Assembly (NCBI GenBank): GCA_963665485.1
Contig: OY762227.1
Coordinates: 876,440 to 940,439 of the forward strand
DNA length: 64,000 nt
Direction of reading: 5' to 3'
From: Bacteroidales bacterium
GTDB lineage: Bacteria; Bacteroidota; Bacteroidia; Bacteroidales; UBA4417
Within the stretch, counting starts at the first letter, position 1. Every line of letters starts with the position of its first letter. The notes under the pieces were generated by a model that saw only the letters and a program-made list of their open reading frames with translations, had not been told where the DNA came from and made no database searches. The translations under genes were made by a program, and so were the position numbers. Shown piece after piece: positions 57,208 through 64,000 of the stretch.

Positions 57208-57488
57208 ACATTTTGCTCAACTAACCGATACAAAAGTAATATCATGTATCCCGGTGGGATGTTAACGAAAGTAAAAGAACGTTAAATAATGTTAAGCAAG
57301 TATATAACTGATGGCTAGGCACTATAAATTTGCAGGAGTTATAACGCCGGTTTGCTGTAAGATATAGGATCAGGCGCAAGCCGGTAAGTGCAAAAGGACC
57401 GAAGTACAGTTATTTCCATATAGTTGTTAATTCAGGATTCAATCTACCTGCTGTTAACAGGATAGAATTAAAAACATATACCAAGCGT

Positions 57489-59054
57489 GTGAAGAAGCAA
57501 TTACTTGTTTTATTAATAGTGATCATGTCAGTCGCAATGTCTGTATTTATAGGCATTCAGGTATACTGGATCAAGAATTCACTGCAACTCAGGGAAGCCA
57601 ACTTCAGGCGCAGTATCGACGATGCTGTAAATGGCGCATTATTAAAGCTCGAAGCAATTGAACTTTCCCGACGTACCACTAACCGATCACTAGAACTTTT
57701 GCGTGACACAAGTGTGATACAAATGAATGCATCCGGTATACAAAATATTTCTAATTCTGATACACAAGGTATTGAAATGGCAAAACAACCGGCCCTGGAA
57801 GGCCGGATCCTTGCATCATCCGGTAAAAGCCAGGAACAAAATAATGATTCGGAGAAAAATATCCGGGGAACACTTCCTCCCGGTATTACCGAGAACTATT
57901 CAGAAGTAGCCGCCGTGCGCAAGCAATTTATGTTGAATTATCTGATGAACCAGGCGTTAGGTGATGAAGGAAATAAAGATATTGAAACAAAGATTTCAGT
58001 CGCCAGGATCGACACTTTGCTCAGACAGGAATTTGCGAACAGGGGAATCCGGATTGAGTACGAATTTGGTGTCTTCAGTCCTGACCGTAATAAGATAGTT
58101 CTTAAAAAAAACGAGAATTATCCGGATCAATTACTTTTAAAAGGTTTTCCATTTCCTTTGTTTTCGGGCAGCGGCATTGCAACGCGTGACTTTCTGCTGC
58201 TTTATTTCCCGCAGCAATCAAAATACAACCTGCAGAGCCTGTGGGGGATGATGATGGTTTCCCTGTTACTTGTACTTGTTATTATTGCTGCGTTCAGTTA
58301 TTCGGTTTTCACTATCATCAGGCAGCGTAAATTATCGGAACTTAAGAACGACTTTATCAATAACATGACTCACGAGTTCAAGACACCGATTTCGACCATC
58401 TCACTGGCTTGCCAGGCGCTTTCGGATAAAGACATTCCCCGAAGTAACGAAATGTATGCCGACTATATTAACATCATTGGTGACGAAAATCACCGGCTGG
58501 GTGAAATGGCGGAAAAAATCCTGCAAACTGCGATTCTTGAAAAAGGCAATCTCCACCTCAGGCCCGAAGCTATTGATATGCATATGCTGATTGCTGACGC
58601 TATACATAAAATTGCCATTCAGATAGAGATACGTGATGGAGTAATTACCCAGTCATTTCATGCAGAACATCCTTTGATTAAGGCCGATAAGGTACACTTA
58701 TCAAATGTTATTTTTAATTTACTTGATAACGCCAATAAATACTCGCCACGAAAACCACAGATCATGGTTTCGACAGCTGATGCCGAAAATGGTATTTTCA
58801 TCAGTGTTACTGACAAGGGGATGGGAATCAGCAAAGCCAATCTGAAACGAATTTTTGAAAAATTATACCGTGTTCCTACCGGAGATGTTCATAATGTAAA
58901 AGGATTCGGACTTGGGCTCAGTTACGTTAAATTTATTGTCGAAAAACACGGAGGCTCAATTTCAGTAGAAAGCGAACCCGGAAAAGGTAGTACCTTTACC
59001 TTGTTTCTGCCATATGTTGTTCCTGAACAAAACAAACCAGGTAAAACAAAATAG
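57489..59054 (+). CDS. sensor histidine kinase (RprX-like)
   Basis: Two TM segments. H-box NMTHEFKTPIST, N box LLDNANKY, G boxes DKGMGI and GFGLGLS. GTG start. Confidence 0.9.
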   Translation: MKKQLLVLLIVIMSVAMSVFIGIQVYWIKNSLQLREANFRRSIDDAVNGALLKLEAIELSRRTTNRSLELLRDTSVIQMNASGIQNISNSDTQGIEMAKQPALEGRILASSGKSQEQNNDSEKNIRGTLPPGITENYSEVAAVRKQFMLNYLMNQALGDEGNKDIETKISVARIDTLLRQEFANRGIRIEYEFGVFSPDRNKIVLKKNENYPDQLLLKGFPFPLFSGSGIATRDFLLLYFPQQSKYNLQSLWGMMMVSLLLVLVIIAAFSYSVFTIIRQRKLSELKNDFINNMTHEFKTPISTISLACQALSDKDIPRSNEMYADYINIIGDENHRLGEMAEKILQTAILEKGNLHLRPEAIDMHMLIADAIHKIAIQIEIRDGVITQSFHAEHPLIKADKVHLSNVIFNLLDNANKYSPRKPQIMVSTADAENGIFISVTDKGMGISKANLKRIFEKLYRVPTGDVHNVKGFGLGLSYVKFIVEKHGGSISVESEPGKGSTFTLFLPYVVPEQNKPGKTK

Positions 59055-59120
59055 AATTACACAGAATAAAACATACAATCCAATAATATACTGGTAATTA
59101 ACACGTTAATAATACCGAAT

Positions 59121-59828
59121 ATGGAAAACGAAAAGATAAAGATCTTGCTTGCCGAAGACGACCGTAATCTTGGCACTATTCTTCGTACTTACCTCGAAGC
59201 TAAGGGATATGTTCCCAGGCTTTGCATTAACGGACAAGAAGCACTTGATGTTTTCAGCAAGGAATCCTTTGATTTTTGTGTTGTGGATGTAATGATGCCG
59301 ATTAAAGATGGGTTTACACTGGCTAAGGATATACGTAAAGTAGATACGCAGATCCCGATCCTGTTTCTGACAGCCAAATCGCTGGAAGATGATAAACTTA
59401 AAGGCTTCCAGGCCGGAGGTGACGATTATCTTACAAAGCCATTCAGCATGGATGAACTTCTGGCCCGTATCGAAGCCATTCTGAGACGATCGGTTAAAGT
59501 AACCGATGGTAAAACGGATAAAGGAACTTTTACTTTGGGTAATTTCGTTTTCGATTATAATCATCAAAACCTGCATCTGAACGGTGAAGATCAGAAACTT
59601 ACCAGTAAAGAAGCGGAATTGCTAAAAATATTATGCGAGCATGTGAACCAGGTTGTTGACCGTAGTTTTGCGTTGAATCGGATCTGGCAAAACGATAGTT
59701 ATTTCAATGCCAGGAGTATGGATGTTTATATCGCCAAAATCCGCAAATACCTGAAAGAAGATACTTCGGTTGAACTGATCAACGTTCATGGTATTGGATT
59801 TAAACTGGTTACTGAGAATCCGGCCTGA
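59121..59828 (+). CDS. OmpR/PhoB-type response regulator (RprY-like)
   Basis: Receiver domain (ILLAEDD...VDVMMP...TAK) and a winged-helix output domain (LTSKEAELLKIL...YIAKIRKYL). Confidence 0.93.
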   Translation: MENEKIKILLAEDDRNLGTILRTYLEAKGYVPRLCINGQEALDVFSKESFDFCVVDVMMPIKDGFTLAKDIRKVDTQIPILFLTAKSLEDDKLKGFQAGGDDYLTKPFSMDELLARIEAILRRSVKVTDGKTDKGTFTLGNFVFDYNHQNLHLNGEDQKLTSKEAELLKILCEHVNQVVDRSFALNRIWQNDSYFNARSMDVYIAKIRKYLKEDTSVELINVHGIGFKLVTENPA

Positions 59829-59981
59829 TAAATTACCAATTTCAAGGAACAAGATCCAAATTCGAGGGGAAAAAATAGAAAGTTGTTTCTTAAAACTCAA
59901 AGAAACAGGTTTTGGTAATTTGAGGCTTGTAACTTAAATTCAGGCTGTAACAGATTATTCGTCTCGCAGTATACCTGCGGC

Positions 59982-60671
59982 TCATTTCGGGTTAACTTTC
60001 CTATTGATAACTTTGAGCGCTTCTTTCCGGCTCAGGTTGCTCAGTGTATGGCTGTTTACAAAGTCTATAACGGCTTGAGGAAATGTTTTTGAGTATTGCC
60101 TCAACGACCAGCCAATGGCTTTGCGTATAAAGAAATCAGGATGATCGGCCAGGCGTTCGCAAAGGTTGAAAAGCAAGTTTCTGTCAGCGGTTTTGTTATC
60201 GCGTAACTGGTGTAACAGGCATGACCGCTGTAACCAGAGATTTCCTGATTGCATCCACTTTTCAATATACTGCATTTTGAGTTCAGGGTATCGTTTAAAC
60301 AAAACACCTGCAATATTCGGAGCTATAAAATCAACTGAATCCCACCACGATTTATTTGTTATCATCCATTCAGCCAGATCGAGTTGGCTTTGATCTGCTT
60401 TTTTGACGAATTTCCCCACAATTTCCAGGGCTGCATATTGCCATTCGCGCTGTGGTTGTTCCCAGGCATAGTGAACCATTTCCTCTAGTTGTTCGTAGGG
60501 TGGATACCCGGATTTTTCAATAAACTCTATTGTCAACTTCCTGCGCAAGGGCGATGTCAGCCCGTAATATTCGAAAAGATCGCGCATATAGGCTTTAGCG
60601 CCAGCTGCTGTGGCAGGATTGGCATGCTTTTCAAAAGCACTCCGGAGCTCAGCAAAATACTTTTCTATCAT
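59982..60671 (-). CDS. DNA alkylation repair protein (AlkD-like HEAT-repeat family)
   Basis: 229 aa, helical-repeat protein. ...KAYMRDLFEYYGL..., WWDSVD and FIRKAIGWSLRQYSK blocks are typical of the family. Confidence 0.82.
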   Translation of the reverse strand: MIEKYFAELRSAFEKHANPATAAGAKAYMRDLFEYYGLTSPLRRKLTIEFIEKSGYPPYEQLEEMVHYAWEQPQREWQYAALEIVGKFVKKADQSQLDLAEWMITNKSWWDSVDFIAPNIAGVLFKRYPELKMQYIEKWMQSGNLWLQRSCLLHQLRDNKTADRNLLFNLCERLADHPDFFIRKAIGWSLRQYSKTFPQAVIDFVNSHTLSNLSRKEALKVINRKVNPK

Positions 60672-60762
60672 ATTTTTCGACTGTTTTTGAGGTTAAATTC
60701 TGTATTACTTTTTTTGCTTCAGAACAATTGTTTTGGAAATATGGTTTCCCCAGAAGGCGGAT

Positions 60763-62877
60763 TTACTTTTTAGTTTTTTCCTCGTATTTGGAGTTCAAAA
60801 CTCCCAAAGTATATTCACCTTTCTGCAAGTTATCAACTATAATTTTACCTTCGGTCCTGGAGCCCTTAAGGATAAACTGGGTTTTTCCCCAGGCGCGTCC
60901 CGCGCCAGTCCGATAAAGCATGATAAGTGAATCTTTCGAATCATTTAGAAGAGTAATGTCAAGATTTTCGGTTGCTTTGTATGTAAATTCTCCGTTTGCC
61001 TTGAAACCGCCTGGAAATATCCCTTCAACTGTCCAGGAACGTGTGTCGGAAACCCGGATTCCGGGCAGGAGCACATTTAAACTATCAGGAGCTACCCAGT
61101 TGTGAGTAATACGAACTAAGGCTGAATCAGCCAACGTTTCTACATATAGTTTACAAAAGGTTTGCTTGTAGTCATATTCACCGGTGTGTTTTATGATTTT
61201 AAATTCATCGGTTGTAGCATCCGAAATTTTTTCATCCAAATCTGCCATTATTGTAGTCGGGAGAAATGGAAGATGAATGGTTTTGCATCCGTGAGCACCC
61301 GAAAACACAAGGGTATCAGTAATTTTTTGCCAGGAGCCATCCATAAACGTTATTTCCAGGTGATTTGAATTCGCATATCGGGTTGTACCTTTAAGTTTCT
61401 GGCGGACGAAAACCTGAACATCATATCCGTTTCCTGATTTAACATTAACCGCCGAATCAATTGAGAAATGAGGAAATCCCGGCGCAAATACCCAGGCGTC
61501 GAAAAAAGGGACCAAATCAATTTTGCTATAGGATGAAAGAAAATTACGCAGATCATAAGTAGAAGAATAATTGTATGCATATTGCTGCAAGTATGCTTTA
61601 ACTCCGTCAAAAAATAAGCTATCGCCCAGATATCCACGGAGCGTATGAACAACCTGTCCTCCTTTCTGATAAACAGTTTTTCCATATGTAATTGTCTGAG
61701 GGATTCCATACAAAGCGAAATAGCCGCCATCAGTTATTGCGGTTTTTTGCAGTACATCCTTAAGTTTAGAGCGCATATTGTCCTTGTAAGCTTGTTTGCC
61801 GTAAATTCCTTCGCGGTAAAGAGATTCACACCAAACAGCCCAGCCTTCGTTAAGCCACATGTCTTCTGCCGAAGCGCAGGTAACTTTATCGCCAAACCAC
61901 ATATGCGAAAGTTCGTGGGCATACCACCATTCGCTTTCAGTTGTTCCGGTCCAGGCGAAGAAGGGATAACTTACATTTGAAGCATGTTCCATAGCTCCCA
62001 ATCCTCCCGGAGTTCCGGTATAACCAACCCTTTCAAATGGGTAAGGCCCGAAACAATTTTCGAAAACCCGGAGAATATTTTTCATATTTACAAAAGTACC
62101 GGCTGTTTTTTCCAAATCAGCAGGTTTGCAATAATAAGTGATTGGTATACTTGCCCTCAGGCCATTGAATGTATCTGCCACTAATTCGTATTTGCCGGTG
62201 GTGGCTGAAATTAAATAAGTGGGAAGCGTATAGTTAGTTCTCCAGTGCCAGGTGGAGGTATTGTTACCATTATTGGTTACACCAATCAAAGTACCTCCGC
62301 TTATAGCTTTTTTATCGTTTGCAACTGTCAGATATACATCATATAAAGCCCTGTCGTGAAAATCATCAAGGCATGGGAACCAGGCTTTTCCAAGGTTGTG
62401 AGGAATGGCGTCGAAACCTACACCCAGATTAAGCGCGTAATCTCCTGAAAAATGGAATCCGCCCCATCCGCTTGGATCAACAAAAGGTTTCCCATGATAA
62501 TAAATTACAGCCAGGATGGTATCGCCTGTAGCTATTGGTGCATTAAGTTTAATACTGAGCTTGTTAGTGGAAAGTTTGAAAGATATAATTTTGGAAGTAT
62601 TAACGAACACTGAGTCGACAGCCAGGTTGGCAAGTTCCAGCTTAATAGCTGAAAGCTTCCTGGTTTTGGAAACAAGTTTTGCTTCGGTGTAACCTTGTAT
62701 TGTTTTATTCGTCAGATTGATATCTGTTAAATGGATACCATAGTGAATTGCGTGTATTGTATCGCTGTACAATACCGTTTTCCGATTTTCTTTCAGCAGG
62801 AATTGAGCAAAAACGGTATTTGGGCTGTTTAATAAAAAAAATATTGTTAAAAATGCAATTAAAAATGGTTTTGTCAT
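60763..62877 (-). CDS. M1-family metallopeptidase (aminopeptidase N-like), secreted
   Basis: GAMEH exopeptidase-like motif, HELSHMWFGD zinc motif and downstream WLNEGWAVW. Signal peptide present. Confidence 0.9.
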   Translation of the reverse strand: MTKPFLIAFLTIFFLLNSPNTVFAQFLLKENRKTVLYSDTIHAIHYGIHLTDINLTNKTIQGYTEAKLVSKTRKLSAIKLELANLAVDSVFVNTSKIISFKLSTNKLSIKLNAPIATGDTILAVIYYHGKPFVDPSGWGGFHFSGDYALNLGVGFDAIPHNLGKAWFPCLDDFHDRALYDVYLTVANDKKAISGGTLIGVTNNGNNTSTWHWRTNYTLPTYLISATTGKYELVADTFNGLRASIPITYYCKPADLEKTAGTFVNMKNILRVFENCFGPYPFERVGYTGTPGGLGAMEHASNVSYPFFAWTGTTESEWWYAHELSHMWFGDKVTCASAEDMWLNEGWAVWCESLYREGIYGKQAYKDNMRSKLKDVLQKTAITDGGYFALYGIPQTITYGKTVYQKGGQVVHTLRGYLGDSLFFDGVKAYLQQYAYNYSSTYDLRNFLSSYSKIDLVPFFDAWVFAPGFPHFSIDSAVNVKSGNGYDVQVFVRQKLKGTTRYANSNHLEITFMDGSWQKITDTLVFSGAHGCKTIHLPFLPTTIMADLDEKISDATTDEFKIIKHTGEYDYKQTFCKLYVETLADSALVRITHNWVAPDSLNVLLPGIRVSDTRSWTVEGIFPGGFKANGEFTYKATENLDITLLNDSKDSLIMLYRTGAGRAWGKTQFILKGSRTEGKIIVDNLQKGEYTLGVLNSKYEEKTKK

Positions 62878-62964
62878 ATGTTTATTTGATAGTTACAATA
62901 ACTTTGTAAAATTAATTCAATAACATATACATTAACTAAAATCAGGAACTATAAACTGTTTTCC

Positions 62965-64000
62965 ATGAGAAAATATTTTTTGATAATTTGTTGCCTTGTG
63001 CTGGTATCTTCGTTGAAGGCACAGGAAGTTTGGACACTTGAAAAATGTGTTGAATACGCGCTCACCAATAATATCCAGGTAAAACAACAGCTTCTGCAGG
63101 TGAAAAATGAGCAGGCTTTGTTGCAACAGGATAAGCTCAGCCTTCTTCCTTCGGTTAACGGCGGAGCCAGCCATGGATATAACTTTGGTCAGACCGTTGA
63201 CCGTTATACCAATCAATTTGCCACCAACAGGGTGCAAAGTGATAACTTTTATCTTGGGTCTTCCGTTACACTTTTTGGCGGTCTCCAGAAGATAAATCAG
63301 ATCAAACAACGTAAGAAGGACCTGGAAGCCACGCATTTCGACACTGATAAATTCATGGATGATATGTCGCTGAATATAGCAACAGGATATCTGCAGATAC
63401 TCTACTACAAAGAGTTGGTTAAAACAACACAAAATCAGCTTAATGCAACTGAATTGCAATCAAAAAGATTAAAAATACTTGTTGATGCCGGATCATTGGC
63501 ACAGGGTGATTTTTATACACTCGAAGCTCAGCGCGCTTTAGATAATTCTCAGGTTGTAAGTGCCCGCAATAACCTGGATATAGCCTATCTTACACTGGTT
63601 CAGATGCTGGATTTGCCCACAACTCAGGGCTTTGAAATTGAAACACCCGACCTGGAAATGGCATTACAACCAAGTCTGGCAGCGTCGCCCGAACAAATTT
63701 ATGGTTTCGCATTGGAGACTCAACCTGTTATCAAAAGTGCTGAATCAAGAGTTAAAAGTTCCGAAATCGGGTTATCGATGGCACAAGGTGGTCAGTCGCC
63801 AACGCTAACCTTACAGGGTTCATTAGGAACCGGATTTTCGGGAGCCAACAAAGTACTCGATACAATCAACTATTCTTACAATACAAAACCTTTTGCCGAT
63901 CAGGTAAAAGACAATTTCAACCGTTCTATTTCGCTCAATCTGAATGTTCCTATTTTTAACGGATGGGCAGCACGTACTGCTATTAGCCGGGCTAAAATAA
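62965..64000 (+). CDS. TolC-family outer-membrane efflux protein (partial; C-terminus off the window)
   Basis: Missing from the ORF track because there is no stop in the window. My translation from ATG 62965 stays open to 64000: MRKYFLIICCLVLVSSLKAQEVWTLEKCVEYALTNNIQVKQQ...LPSVNGGASHGYNFG...FNGWAARTAISRAKI. This is the typical TolC/OprM repeat pattern. The minus ORF at 62932-63459 is antisense noise. Confidence 0.85.
   Translation, partial: MRKYFLIICCLVLVSSLKAQEVWTLEKCVEYALTNNIQVKQQLLQVKNEQALLQQDKLSLLPSVNGGASHGYNFGQTVDRYTNQFATNRVQSDNFYLGSSVTLFGGLQKINQIKQRKKDLEATHFDTDKFMDDMSLNIATGYLQILYYKELVKTTQNQLNATELQSKRLKILVDAGSLAQGDFYTLEAQRALDNSQVVSARNNLDIAYLTLVQMLDLPTTQGFEIETPDLEMALQPSLAASPEQIYGFALETQPVIKSAESRVKSSEIGLSMAQGGQSPTLTLQGSLGTGFSGANKVLDTINYSYNTKPFADQVKDNFNRSISLNLNVPIFNGWAARTAISRAKI

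Noticed and set aside
59106-59576. 156-aa minus-strand ORF
   Set aside because: It is fully antisense to the well-supported OmpR-type response regulator gene.
62932-63459. 175-aa minus-strand ORF at the right edge
   Set aside because: It is antisense to an open plus-strand frame with clear TolC-family sequence starting at 62965. Its own translation is low-complexity with no recognisable motif.

Overview
This 64-kb chromosomal window looks like a Bacteroidota-type genome. The signs are a T9SS C-terminal sorting domain, a SusC-like plug motif, many lipoprotein signal peptides and TAnnTTTG-type promoter boxes. All family assignments were made by eye from motifs; no searches were run. I call about 60 protein genes, including two partial CDSs at the window edges that the ORF track omits. 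I also call one tRNA-Ala(GGC), one IS4-family insertion sequence with a target-site duplication, several intrinsic terminators and two gene remnants. There is no rRNA and no CRISPR array. Housekeeping genes (wecB, rpiB, nadA, rnr, pgi, thpR, lutB, a DEAD-box helicase, an ABC ATPase) are interspersed with accessory blocks. Two regions stand out. (1) At 16.2-25.7 kb a minus-strand locus combines a PqqD-like (RRE) protein, an ATP-grasp ligase and a fold-type-III PLP decarboxylase. It also holds a 76-aa Cys-rich protein, a urea-transporter/M23-peptidase fusion, an outer-membrane barrel and a TPR protein. I cannot match this combination to any described pathway. A 14-bp tandem repeat lies just upstream of the transporter fusion. 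(2) At 55.1-57.3 kb there are three tandem paralogous units that look like independently transcribed ~115-nt sRNA genes. Each has a promoter box, two hairpins with compensatory substitutions between copies, and a terminator. Phased TTAAC repeats precede each unit. The third copy is split by the IS element and lies next to an OmpR-type two-component system. Smaller observations include a 33-nt motif present three times in divergent intergenic regions and an exported lipoprotein rubrerythrin next to an SQR-like flavoprotein. There is also a MuiA-family protein with an embedded TonB-plug-like segment, and a long repeat-bearing region upstream of nadA.
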